DNA of 63,657 nt, filler included, from Choristocarpus tenellus KU-1152 (lineage: Eukaryota; Protista; Phaeophyceae): the NCBI GenBank assembly GCA_964200185.2. It is 13 parts of 13 records of this genome, joined end to end, with 100 filler letters (N's around TTAATTAATTAA, not from the genome) between each part and the next. Parts side by side here need not be neighbours in the genome. Positions count along the whole stretch, not along the records: positions 23,723 to 29,045 come from CAXNAD020011162.1; positions 29,146 to 33,157 come from CAXNAD020016674.1; positions 33,258 to 36,195 come from CAXNAD020023512.1; positions 36,296 to 39,477 come from CAXNAD020021730.1; 9 more parts are not named here. The stretch is one strand, 5' to 3'. This document shows positions 24,270 to 36,699 of this stretch, piece by piece. The notes beneath the pieces were generated by a model, which made no database searches, was not told the origin of the DNA, and was given only the letters and a program-made list of their open reading frames with translations. The position numbers were made by a program, and so were the translations under genes. Within the stretch, counting starts at the first letter, position 1. Each line of letters opens with the position of its first letter.

Positions 24270-24632
24270 TTGCTAACATGTACGATGCATTCGATTCAGG
24301 TTTCAACACGACTATTTTCGGAATTCGAGGAGCTCAAGGAGCCCAAATCCGAAAACATGAAGAGGGCATATATACTGCTTGGGATCAAGGAAGCAATGCC
24401 ACATGTGTTCGCGCAATTAATAGCGCGCCCGGACATCAGCTATGAGGAGCTCACACGGGCAATCATCTCATCGACAACTTACCTTCACTCAGGTCAAGAT
24501 GGGCATGATGGGGTATTGGCAATGCATGGCAATGCAAGGAACGGTCATGCTCGGAAGACCAGGGGATCAGTTGGAAGCGGCCCCAAACCAAACCAATGTG
24601 CATACTGCTTGAAGACGAACCATCAATGGTGA
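24270..24632 (+). mobile_element. LTR-retrotransposon gag fragment
   Basis: The ORF ends in a truncated zinc knuckle CAYCLKTNHQW after a gag-like helical region. Confidence 0.65.
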
Positions 24633-24954
24633 AAGTGTCATTCATATTTGAACGTAGAGCCTTTTAAGAATATGCTTTTTAATCATGTGTAAAATATGAT
24701 TCTGTGTGAGAAACATTGAGTTGTTGAACTATTGTTGAACTATTATTGGATAATGGGATAATTGATAGTAATTTATTATTGTCAGATGACAACGGAAATA
24801 TTGTCCGGGTTGTTATAGTACAGCAAGAAGAATCCTAGAAAAGGAATGTTGTAGCAAGTAACATAGCAAGTAATCATGGATTGAGGGACGTGTTATTAGA
24901 ACATGAGAATCGTAAGGTGATGACCCCTTTGAGCTTTGAAGCTCACTCTCCTTT

Positions 24955-25100
24955 GAGTCAAAGTATCTTAGAGGGTACAGTCGCGTCCATTTGGGGACCA
25001 AAATCCGATGTAGCCATTTTCATGTAATTTTTACTATATGTTTGTTAGGAGAAGATGTCAATATCCTTGTCTAGACACTCCTTTTCATAACGTTTACAAT
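24955..25100 (+). mobile_element. MITE-2 partial copy
   Basis: Left TIR plus ~145 bp of body. Confidence 0.85.
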
Positions 25101-25266
25101 TTACTTTCTTACACATTCCTTACTTCATGTACAACCTGTTCTACATAATGAGGAATTAATCGAGTTATATACATACACAAGTCTTGGGAGCACCAATTTC
25201 TATAACATGCTGGCTAGCACGACTTATTGAATTGTGCTGAGTTCTCAAGGCTAGCGTTAAATCGAT

Positions 25267-28200
25267 TTGAGAGGGAGTCCCGATGGAGGAGGCCGTTGGT
25301 TACAGAAGACGTACTTCGAGAAGAGCGGAGTATATGGAGACACGGCACCTGCAACACCAGTTGAAGAAGGTGGAGAGGTGGTCGAATCTGAGGATGAAGA
25401 TGACAGAGGGGCGGTTAGCAGAACCGCACTACAGGAGGCATCAACGGGTCGAAGATTGAAACAACTGATCCCATTGCCATCAAGGTTCAAGGTCTACAGT
25501 GGCGATGATGATGGTGATGGATTTGCCATGTTTGAGCGAAAATTCCTTTCGTGTGCTGCCATGGGCGACTGGAAGGATACGTTGTTATCTGATGATCACG
25601 TCAGAGTCAGCAGCGATTCCTTTGACGAGTCAAGATGTGATCTGAATGTGAAATAGACAAGGCGAATATGGCGATGGCTGCTCTGGTGATGGCGTTGGAT
25701 GGGTTTGCGGAAAAAGTGGCGAGCAACCATGACAGTCCTTCCGAAGTTTTCCAAGCTTTAAGGAACCACTTTAGGAGAAGTGGTATCACCGAAAGGGCCA
25801 ACACCCGATCAAGTAATGGAACTGTTGGTTTTCGGAGGGATCGGCAGCCAAGACGTGTGGAGTGCTGGCAGTGTGGAGGACCACACTTTCAATCTTCTTG
25901 TCCCACCGTTGTTTCGTCCTGATCTCATATATTGTTATGTCTGTGGAGAAAAAGGACACAAGGCTTACAGTTGTCCCGAACGCTATGGTGGTTTGGGAGA
26001 ATCGGGTCAACGATCGCCTGGTCAAGCTCCCCGAAGGAAGAAGAAGAACGGTAAATGGAAGGGGAGTGGCAATGCAAGCAACACTGGTGAAGCTGGTGAT
26101 GATGAACTTTGGTTCTTTGACACAGTGGCTGCACGGTTCATATGACAAATAATCCTACTGCTCTGATAGATCCAAAAACCTGTGGTAGGGGACATCGGTG
26201 ACTGTTGGGGATGGTAAGGTTATACAAGTTTCAGCCATAGGTAATTTGTAACTATCTTGTGTACAGAATGGGGAAGTTTCAAACTTCATCTTGCACAATG
26301 TGTCATTTGTTCCTGGGTTAAAATATGATCTCTTCTCAATGATACAAGCGCGGAAACAATCTGGTGAAAAATTATTTTGGTAAGGGGAACATTCTCTGCG
26401 ATTAACCCCTTCTTCTGGAGGACCTGGATTGGAATATGTGAAGGTAAATGGGAAGAATTATGCATTGTTTACATTGAAAGCTAAACGAAGAAGCTTCTTG
26501 ACAATTCCTGACCTGCCCTCAAGACAACTACCTGAAGTACCTGACATGACAGAGAGGATTGTGTCAGGACTTTTTCTAGCCGAGGGGGAGGCGGAAACTG
26601 ACGCACTCGACCTGACAAGGGCTGGAGGAGATACCGTCACAGGTGGGAAATCTGAGGAGACTGCAATGTCAGAGGAGGATATTGCAGCGAAAGGAGTGAA
26701 TACCCTTGAGGGGGTGTCAGGTGATGCCATCGACCCAGGGGGAACTGTTGAGAAGGAGAGGCCTACCTCAATGGTGGCTAGAATGGATGTTGATCTGGAG
26801 CAATAGACTGGAGCAAACGCAACATCAGAGGAGGATGTTGTGGTATCTGATGGCCTCGCCCAGAAAGGGGTTAGAAGATTCGATTTCACACAGGATGAGG
26901 CTGGAGGTATCGACCTAACCCACGTTGGGGTTAGAGATTTCGATCTCGCCCAAGAGGGGTGTGGAGGAATGATGTTGGAGGCTACTTTATCAGTGGAGGA
27001 TGAAGTAGCGATGAGTACACTTCCCCTGAGGGGGTAAAGTTAATGCCATTGTCCTATAGAGGGGATTGTTGGGGGGGAGGGACCTACCCCAAAGATGGCT
27101 CTGCCAGAGTTTGATCCAGGGGGGTCAACTAGTCCGAAAGCAACGTCAGAGGAGGATGTGGTAGAATTTGATGAGCTCGCCCAGGGTGGGGCTGGAGCAT
27201 TTGTCAATGCACCATGGGGGCTGAGTGGGGGAATGAGACCCACAAGGAGTATTGGAATCTTGGAGGAGAAACAAGACGACTTTGGGCTGAGCACTGAAGA
27301 TTTGGTGCTGGATGAATATTTCTTTGGGATCGGAAAAAGAGGCTCCAGAGGAAAATACTTCAAAAGGCGTGTCTTCGAAAAAAGTGGGTTTGGATTTGGA
27401 AAATGAAAGTACTGATGGGATGCTGAATACTGGTGCTGGTGGTATGGATCCATCTACGTCACAGCAGGGGAGTGGCAGAAAGTTGTTACTGCGACTAGTG
27501 GACCATAACCACGACCCCCCATCTGAACATGGTGAACCATTGGAACGGACACTAAGGTATGAGCGAAGACTGGCAGGTCTACTTGCGTGTGGGAAAGATA
27601 AACCCCTCCCACCAGAACCTCAGACCATGAGAGCAGCGACAGAGTCTGAGGAGTGGCCTTTGTGGAAAGCTGCTATTCATGAAGAAGTGAATGATCTGGA
27701 TAGCAGGGGAGTGTGGATTCAAGTACCTTGCTCCACTGATGGTCACAAGGCACTAGGGACAAAGGTTGGTTTTGACCGAGGCAGATGGATGACAAAGGTA
27801 GAGTGCAGAGGTCCAAGGCGGGACTAGGACAACTAGAATCTTCTTCTGCAGGTGGAAACTTTGCTGGAGCTGGGCTTGGAACAATCTGAGGCAGATCCAT
27901 ACCTGTTCAGAATTATTGTGGATGGTGAGACTGTGATGATCATGATTGTCCATGTGGATGACATGCTGATGGCTGAGGGGCTGGTTATACTGTGCGTATC
28001 ATAGACGGACTTAATGAGAAGTTCCCAGTGGTGAATTTGGGTGGAGTAACCAAATTTATAGGATGCAGGATCAGGAGGAACAGGAAGACTGGGACACCTG
28101 TGGTGGATCAGAGCTTGTACATTGGAGAGCTGACGGAAAGGCATGGTATTGGCACGACTTACAAGCTACCGTCCATCACTAAGCAAGTGGAGCAGGAGGG

Positions 28201-28416
28201 ACCTGTTCCAGATGACTACAGATCCATGATTGGTGGTATATAATGGACTGCTATTATGACTAGACCTGATGTATCATTTGCAGTTAGAGAGTTGGCTTCG
28301 TGTGTGGAGAATCCAAGTTTGACTGATCCCTTGGTCCATTACCATACAGTCCAGAATCACCAAAGGTAATTCCATGCTCTGTAGTGCCCAATAGGTATCC
28401 AATCACTCTTCTAGCT
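25267..28416 (+). mobile_element. Ty1/copia retrotransposon, decayed (gag, protease, acidic spacer, RT)
   Basis: Knuckles CWQCGGPHFQSSC and CYVCGEKGHKAYSC; protease WFFDT.A, VTVGDG, NVSFVPGLKYDLFS; RT PPEPQT..EWPLWKAAIHEE, QSEADP, VHVDDML, TRPDVSFAV. Confidence 0.9.
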
Positions 28417-29145
28417 GACGAGATTATCTCCCCCACCCGAACGTTCGCCCTGGCCGTTGTCTTCGACGTCGCCGGTGCTAGTTCCAGCGCCATCGTCATC
28501 AGTGCTAGTTCCAGCGACATCGTCATCGGTGGGAAGCCAATGGACTGGGAGGTCGAAATCTCGTTCCCCTGTCTTTTGGAGAAGTCGCACAGACTCGCTT
28601 TGCTCGTGTTTTGCTCTCTGAACGGCTTCATCGTCTGCAAAGATGGAATCCATGAGCACGAGGACATCAACGGTATGGATGCATGAATGTTACTTTGTTA
28701 CCAGGCATGAGGTTTCACGAATGCGCTCGGGGAGCATGCGGTGAGAGGGAGGGTGTATATTTCGTCGGAATCGTCTCTGTTGAGTACAAGACCGGTACCC
28801 TCAAAACAATTATGGGGAGTAATCTATGGTAGTTTTTATTTTAATATGCGACGATCACTACATATGAGAATGCAATATTTTTCAAAAAAAAAATCTAAAG
28901 GCTGCAAATGCTGCCTCGTACAAAAGTTGCACCTGATTTTTTTGGCTGCCACCGAATACCAAAATTAGCTATCAACTCCCCTCACGAAAAAATCGACTTA
29001 CCCAGTGGGTACGCAGCAGGGAGGCGCTCGTGCGACGCCTGGTACNNNNNNNNNNNNNNNNNNNNNNNNNNNNNNNNNNNNNNNNNNNNTTAATTAATTA
29101 ANNNNNNNNNNNNNNNNNNNNNNNNNNNNNNNNNNNNNNNNNNNN

Positions 29146-31404
29146 CTGGTAGTAATGTGTACCATATCAACAGGAAACAAATGAGTAGCCTATGTTTTAA
29201 CACTTTCCGCTTCCTAGAATTCACTACAAATCGTGTCATTCAACGAGCCAACATACATTGGTACCACACCAAGGATGGCAGAGTTCGTTTTCTAAACCTC
29301 TAATTTAAACTGGGATCATGAAGATTTGGATGACACTCCTGGATACATTCTTGCTTCCCATGCACGCCGAAGGACTACTGAGGATTTGAACGACACTCCA
29401 GGATACATCCTCCCTCCACATGCAAGAAGACGGACTGGAGAAATCCAGGAGATGGGGGGAGAATGTAATGATGATGGAATCACCTGGATTGAAGGTGGAC
29501 TAAGTGACGGTGATAAATCTGATGACACCTGGGATAATGGTGAATTTATGGAGAAGATTGAGGACAGCATTTATGATGACAACGAGGCGAAGGAGAATGA
29601 AGATAGCAATGATGGTGATGATAATGGGGTTGATGAAGCCAAGGACAGCCAATGTGAAAGGGAACTACGACGACTCAGCATTGGAATTGGTGAAGACAAA
29701 ATCCTTCCCCACCACACCAGATCAGGCAATCATCCTACTTCCGCCAAAGCTACTGTTTTTGACATGTCCAATTTTTATGACTTGTTTGTCTGTTTCCATA
29801 GAGACTACCCTTGTGATGTGTGCGAGTGATGATTCTATTAGAGTGTTAGCCAATGAGCTCCCTCCAGAACCCAAGACAGTAAGAGCAGCACGTAGCTCTC
29901 CCGAATGAGATTTATGGGATCGAGCTAGAGCTGAAGAGATGTCTGGTTTGTTGTTGAATAAATGTTTGGGTAGAGGCAGTATTACCCCCTGGACGCAGAG
30001 CAATAAGCACTAAATGGATTCACAAGCGCAAGACTAACAAATTTGGTGAGACAGTTAGATACAAGGCACGATTAGTAGCAAAGAATTTTTGACAGATTGG
30101 GGGTTTAGACTATCAAGATACCTTTGCACCAACACCGTCCCCTGCATCTTTGAGAATGGTATTATCTTTAGCTGTAGACAGAAATTGGGAATTAAAGCAT
30201 TGGGATGTAAAACAAGCTTTCATACAGGCTGATATCAGTGAAGAGACTTTTGTACGCTTATGTGATGGTTGTGGTAAATGGTCTGAAAAGATTGTACGTT
30301 TGATCAAGGCACTTTATGGCACCAAACAGGCAAGCAGAGAGTTCAATAATCTGTTGTTGCACATTTTGGAAAAGTGTGGTTTTGAGCAATGCAGAGCAGA
30401 CCCTTGTGTGTTACGCTATGTAAGAGATGGCGTTGTTTGTGCTGTGATCGTCCCCCACGTAGATGATCTTTTGGTAGCACGTAAAATGAATGTTTTGATT
30501 TGGGTTCGCTCTAGGATTAAAGAGCAGTTTTCCATAGAAGACTTTGGTGATATTGAGTATTATATGGGTTTTGAGATTTCACGTGACAGAAATGCACACA
30601 GACTGTTACCATCAGTCAGACTAGGTACATTAAGAGAGATTATCAAAGACTTGGTATGGATGGGGCAAAGAAGAGGTCGGTACCCCATGATCTCTCAAAG
30701 ACTCTAGACAAAAGTGAGAATCATCCAAGTGTTGATGAAAATACACCATACAGAGAGGCAGTTGGTAGTTTGATGTGGGCATCTGTTATGACTAGGCTTG
30801 ACATTGCAAATGCAGTTCATGAAGTTGCCAAGTACAGTAGCAATCCCAAAGTCAAACATTGGCGTGCAGTGAAATGTATTTTAGCATATTTGAATAAATG
30901 TCCAGGTGTTGGATTGAGTTTTGGTGGTTTTAATACTGAGTGTGAGTTGAGTGCGTATGCTGATGCTAGTTATGCTGGAGACTGGAATGATCGTAGATCA
31001 GTGACTGGAGGAGCAATTATGTTTGCAGGACGAGCAATATCTTGATATCAAAGGTACAAAGAGTTGTAGCTTTGTCTTCCACAGAGAGTGAATACATAGC
31101 ACTTAGTAGTGTGGCACTACTTTTCTTGAGATTTTTTTTTTAGTTTAGTCAGCCACAGTTTCCTAGGCGTTGCATTGACATGTTTGAGGATAACGATGGT
31201 GCATGCAACCTTGTACAAAATGCTACAAGCTCTACTAGAACAAAACACATAGATGTCCGACATCATTTTCTGAGGGATTTGTCTAGAAAAGGAGAGATTC
31301 GGGTTGTTTTTGTTGGTACTGCAAATCCGAGGGCAGATGTCTTGACCAAGAATTTTCCAGTTCGAGTTATTAGATAACATGTGAATTTTTTGATGAACAT
31401 GTGA
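29146..31404 (+). mobile_element. Ty1/copia pol (integrase C-terminus, RT, RNase H), frameshifted
   Basis: PEPKT, YKARLVAK, HWDVKQAF, ALYGTKQASR, HVDDLL, YREAVGSLMW, YADASYA..DRRSVTG, RTKHIDVRHHF, ADVLTK. A 60-bp tandem duplication lies at 29320-29439. Confidence 0.95.
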
Positions 31405-31472
31405 CACAACATGTGTGTTTTATTTTTTTTTGTTATTGTTGTGATTGTTTGAGAGTTAATCTTGTTTTCAGC

Positions 31473-31754
31473 AAGGGGAGGATGTCGAATAACCTAGTGT
31501 TATCCTTACGTTGTTTGTGCTGATCCAAGTATACAACATAAGGTTATACGTACGTTTNNNNNNNNNNACGTTTATAATTGGGTTAGGTATGATACAAAGT
31601 ACGTACGTATATAAAATATAATAAGTCAACATCCATCCACACGTCAGTGATGATGGATGGTTGACGGGCAATTAATAATTCAGTGCGTGCTTTACCATGT
31701 AATTCAACTGCTAGCTTCCGGCGACGAGCCTTACGTGTGCCAAGCTTCTCAACA
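31473..31754 (+). repeat. polypurine tract and putative 3' LTR of the copia element
   Basis: AAGGGGAGGA (31473-31482) immediately followed by TGTCGAA; candidate end CTCAACA at 31754. Contains a 10-N gap. Confidence 0.6.
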
Positions 31755-32974
31755 CGATAGGCTGGAAAAGAACCAACAAAGAGGGGGGATCTACCCCTTG
31801 GGAGGCGCTAAAACATTTCATACGCCAAACTTTGGACGACCTTTTTTGGTGTGCTGGAAAAATATAATATTGTCTCCTAGCTGGACCCGTCGCACAATTT
31901 TCTGACATGTCCTGGTCCATGTCCACTAGGTTCTGAACTCGTCCACTAGTGCGCTGTCCAGACAGGGTCTAACATTCCCCAACAAGTCCAGTGTCCAGAC
32001 CATGTCTACTGGTTATTGAATTGTCTCATTTCTTCTGCCCGGACTGGGTCTATCATTATTTAAAATGTTCGGACAATGTCCACTTGGTATTTTACTGGTC
32101 CGTATCCGCCGGACAGACACGGTCTAATATTCTCTCAAATGTTCGCACCATGTCCACCACTCTTACAGTCCAAGTGTAGAAATTGTTTTGGTCACCCCAT
32201 AACAAAATGAAAAATGTGTGCAAAATGTCGAAGTTGTATGTCATACATGTAGATAGTACTGCCCCTAGTCCTCTCTGGACTTCATGGATCGGAATCATAA
32301 AGAACGTAACCATACATTTGTATGTGCAATGAGAACCTCATTCAGAACACGTTTTGATTGAGTAGATGGTGGGTTTTGATACACTTGATATGAACGATGA
32401 CTCTGTAAGACACCTTCACTTTTATCGAGTATACGAAATGTGTACATTCGACATATTGTTCCTAAAAGCGCGTGAAGGGAGGAAAAAGACCAAAATCAAA
32501 GTTATGCACACATGTACCTCTCGTATACTTTGACTCGTAGCACAAATAAACTCCATTGCTGTAGCGGTTTATGAGCAGCTGAAAAAGGATCCACCTCAGG
32601 CAGGGCATGGTAATAAACATAGAAGATGTATGTCGCACCACCTCAGAGCAACCAGATCACACCCTCGGAACTGGAACTCCTACCTACTGCGGGAATAAAC
32701 ATACCCAAATGGTGTTGTCATGCGTAGGTACAGATGAATTTATCCAAGCCTACATAGCCGGGGTGATCGAGAGGTCAGGCTCACAAATGCTGGCCACGCA
32801 TCTTGAGTGAGACGGAGGACAAACAGGTTGCTGACTCCTCAACTCCTGGTCCCTCTTTTCATGTCGGGTTATAATTCGGTGAAGGTCATTCCTCCCCACC
32901 TGGCTCGCTCCAACACGAAACAAACTGACAAAACCTCGTTGTGAACTCTGGAAAAGATAATGGGGGTAGCAGAC

Positions 32975-33116
32975 GAGTCAAAGTATCTTAGAGGGTAGAG
33001 TCGCGCCCATTTGGGGACAAAATCCAATGTTGCGATTTTGAAGTAATTTTGACTATCGTGTTTGTTAGCAAGTGTCAGTGTCCTTGTTCCGTACACTCCT
33101 TTTCATAACGAATACA
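32975..33116 (+). mobile_element. MITE-2 partial copy interrupted by MITE-1
   Basis: Left TIR and body run directly into a MITE-1 TIR at 33117. Confidence 0.85.
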
Positions 33117-33157
33117 GACCCAAAGTATCTGGAGGGGGGGGGGGGGTCTAAACGAGG
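33117..33157 (-). mobile_element. MITE-1 end at contig break
   Basis: GACCCAAAGTATCTGGAGGGGGG...GTCTA. Confidence 0.85.
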
Positions 33158-33295
33158 NNNNNNNNNNNNNNNNNNNNNNNNNNNNNNNNNNNNNNNNNNN
33201 NTTAATTAATTAANNNNNNNNNNNNNNNNNNNNNNNNNNNNNNNNNNNNNNNNNNNNGACTGTTGCACTCCTGATTTCTCGTGGTGTGAGACCAG

Positions 33296-33392
33296 TTTGC
33301 TGCATGTTGCAGGTGGCTTGCCTTACTGGGCCTCTGTGGTGAGCACCACAATTGGTCTAAGAGTGGCCGTGTTGCCGCTGGTGATTTCAGGG
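33296..33392 (+). CDS. OXA1: Oxa1/YidC family membrane insertase, internal exon
   Basis: CAG| LLHVAGGLPYWASVVSTTIGLRVAVLPLVISG |GTGAGT; matches the Oxa1 motif H...GLPWW..I...T..LR...PL. Confidence 0.88.
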
Positions 33393-33693
33393 GTGAGTCT
33401 CGGTACCCCCCCCCCCTCCCCCCCCAGCCCTAATCCCCCTGCTCCCCTACCTACCCTCTCCTCCGATGCCTTTTGGGAACCGGAAAGGCGGTGTAGATAA
33501 TATGGGAGGATAGCTCCTTTTTTTTTAATCTATCAAGACAGTAGTTCGCTGGTCGTGATTGTTTTGTATTTGTATTTTTTTTCCAAAAAATATTTTCGAG
33601 TTCGAGACCCGTAACTAACCTGCTTATTTTTTTGTTTTTGTATGAAATGTATTTTTCTCTTTTTTATGGTGATGGTGATGTGTGTGACTGAAG

Positions 33694-33774
33694 ATGGTGG
33701 GGATGACGCGACTGGAGCTGGCTAAACCGGAGGTGGAGATTATCCAAGCGAAGTTCGCTGATGCCAAAAAGAGG
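33694..33774 (+). CDS. OXA1: Oxa1/YidC family insertase, internal exon
   Basis: AAG| MVGMTRLELAKPEVEIIQAKFADAKKR |GTATGA; phase 0 on both sides; coiled-coil KPE motif. Confidence 0.85.
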
Positions 33775-34392
33775 GTATGATCTTCTTGCTTACCCCTGTG
33801 TGCATGCACTGGAAAAGAAGTGTTCCAGCCACCTCTGTTTTTAAGTTGTAGTGTTGTTTTAAAATGAGTACACGTTAGTTTTTCCTAAAGAACAAAACAC
33901 TAGTGTCGTGATATCATAATAAATAAATAAAAAAGTATCCCAAAAAAGAAAAGTAAAAGAAAAAGAATTTTTTTTTTTTTTGCTTTTTAATTCGGCTCCG
34001 AGCGAGTTGACTACGCGCACATAACTTGGATTGCATCGGATTGAACCGCAGGTTTTCTTTATACGCTAAGTGGTCGACGGCTGATCAAGTTTTTGAATCG
34101 ACGTGTGGAGAGAGTAGTTGTGGACTTGATTGAAGAAGATTTAAAAAAAAAATCCAATTGCGATCTGCCGATTATAATCTTTCTTTTTTTTTGCTTGATT
34201 TTTTTATTCGGCAATTGGTCACACGCACTTCTCGATGCTCTTACAAAAATACAAAATACAAATATATATACGTGTTGTTTTTTTTAGCCTTGTCTGTATC
34301 TCCAAGTACTTCAAGCTGTATATATTTTGACATTATTTTACCGCATGAGGGTAAAAAAAGGAAAACATTTTATTTCTATTTTTTCATTTCTT

Positions 34393-34445
<53 letters not shown>

Positions 34446-35617
34446 CTTTTTTTTTTATTTTTATTTTTTTTTTATTTTTTTTATTTTTTTTTTTTTTTTT
34501 NNNNNNNNNNATAAAAAAAAAAAAAGGAAAACATTTTATTTCTATTTTTTCATTTCTTGTTTTTTTTTTTTTTTTCATTGACTGTATGTATGCATTGCTC
34601 CGAATTTCGTGCAGTCTTGATAATAGTAATGTACTTTTAATGTGCTGAATGATTTATTTTTCATCCTCGATTTTTTTTAACTTCAAAAAAAAAGTTGTTC
34701 ATGTGCTTTTGAGTGCTATTTTTATTTTGAAGTACTGTGAGCGTATGAACTGAGATAAGAGACATGGTGGAAGGAGGAAGAGAGACCCTGTTTTATGGGA
34801 TAGATTTCATTTCTTTCAAGTTTTGTATGGTGTTATCATATAGAATAATACAATATTATTATTACTATTGCTAGATGTGAAGGAGTGGATGTCTATAACT
34901 GTTGTATTACCACCCGCCCCCCCTTCCCTTTTATCATTCTTGTAGTATTTGAACAGTATATTTCATAATGCACCTCTGCTAAAAAAAAAACGGTGTCAGA
35001 GGGATTTTGAACCCACAAAATTCATGCAGGAAATAGAGAAGTTTCTATTCTGTTACAACAGGTGAGCGGGAAAAAATAACTTGTGAGTTTGGAGGGGTTT
35101 GAACTCGCGAAATTCATGCAGGTATTAGCCAAACGATTTCTATTACTGGCCCTGTTCTACCGTACCTATCTACCTACACCTGCCCATGTCTCTTCTCTTT
35201 TAACAGTCTCCTCGGCATCCACAATCGTGCATCTGAAAGAAGGGCTCGTGTGATTCGAAAGAGCTCAGCAATTTTTCTTTTTTCGTTTCATAATTTATGT
35301 ATTCCTTACACAAGGAAAGGAAATATAATATAATAGACCAGAAACATACACTTTTTTTTGACAAAATTAAAAAATATGGTTTGGGAATTTTTGAGGATGT
35401 TGCCCAATGATGAAAAAAAAAATGAATAAAATGTGCAAGTTGATGCCGCTGTATTTTGTCCCTCCCCCACTCCTCTTTACCTTTTTTTTTATTGTTACAT
35501 TTTTTTTTAACACTCTGAATGGAAATCTCTCTCTCTTACATTTTGTGTGTTGATTATTCAAATCTTGTTTCGGGGATTTTATATACATAACAATTATATT
35601 TCAATTTTTTTTTTAAG

Positions 35618-35782
35618 ATGCAAGCTAATCCCGAGATCAAGGAGGCGGCCATGAAAGAGATGTTCATGCGCCAGAAGGAGATGGAAGCAGTGTTCAAGAA
35701 GTACAAGACCGGCCCGTTTGCTGCGTTCTCCAGTCTGGTTCAGCTGCCTGTCTTTATCTCACTCTTTTTGGGTTGCAGGCAG
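35618..35782 (+). CDS. OXA1: Oxa1/YidC family insertase, internal exon
   Basis: AAG| MQANPE...FKKYKTGPF...[16 protein letters not shown] |GTTTGT; family motif Q.PVFISxF..R. Confidence 0.9.
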
Positions 35783-35816
35783 GTTTGTGCAAGCAATTAC
35801 CACAACCATAAAATTC

Positions 35817-35879
35817 ATACATACATACATACATACATACATACATACATACATACATACATACATACATACATACATA
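35817..35879. repeat. (ATAC)n microsatellite
   Basis: About 15 perfect units in an intron. Confidence 0.95.
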
Positions 35880-36295
35880 AAAACATATATAGTACCAGTG
35901 ACTCGAATTATCTTGTTTCTTTTGAACTTCTTTGTCTCTACACCTCTCTTGTTTCATGCTTTTGGTCATGTACGCCGCCTGCACACACTGTATTACTTTG
36001 GTCTGTTTTTGTATACTCAGTATGTGTGTGTGCGTGTTGTGATGGTACTATTGATAATTGCTGTAAGGATGGTAATGCAAATGTATATATATTTATATAT
36101 ATTTAGAACAATTGGTTACCTTTTATGTACCACAGGAAATTGAGGAGAGATCACAGAGCAGCAGTCCCCCCCCCCCCCCCAAAGGGCCCCCTAAANNNNN
36201 NNNNNNNNNNNNNNNNNNNNNNNNNNNNNNNNNNNNNNNTTAATTAATTAANNNNNNNNNNNNNNNNNNNNNNNNNNNNNNNNNNNNNNNNNNNN

Positions 36296-36467
36296 GGGGG
36301 CGGGAGGGATCTTCACGAGGGTGTCCACTCGGATCCTGACCAGGAGAAGTGAACTTACATCATCCATCCAACGCATGCAACCACATCACCCAAAAATTGT
36401 GACATTGGAAAATGGTCCCTGAATGGACAGTTGCCCCCCCCCCCCTTCCCCCCAGATACATTGAGCC
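36296..36467 (-). mobile_element. MITE-1 diverged copy at contig start
   Basis: Reverse complement matches the MITE-1 body; ends CCAGATACATTGAGCC. Confidence 0.85.
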
Positions 36468-36699
36468 TGTCTATGAGTATGTGTCTCCTCCCTCTCATAT
36501 TGAACAATGACTTTCACCCTGTTTTCCACCATTTTTCTCCCAGAGCAAACTCTGTGGAAGTAATTCCTAACCCTAAGTTGGAACTTCTGACTTCAAAGTA
36601 ATTCAGAACTTGATGTCAACTTTGACTCATATTTCTACGTCGTGTTCTACTCAATATTGGGGGAGACAACCAACCTGCTTGTTGTTCCACGGTGTGTGG

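Noticed and set aside
34384-34648. Poly-Lys and poly-Phe ORFs, and poly-Pro/Gly ORFs at 45420-45916 and 49502-49714
   Set aside because: They are translations of low-quality homopolymer tracts next to gaps.
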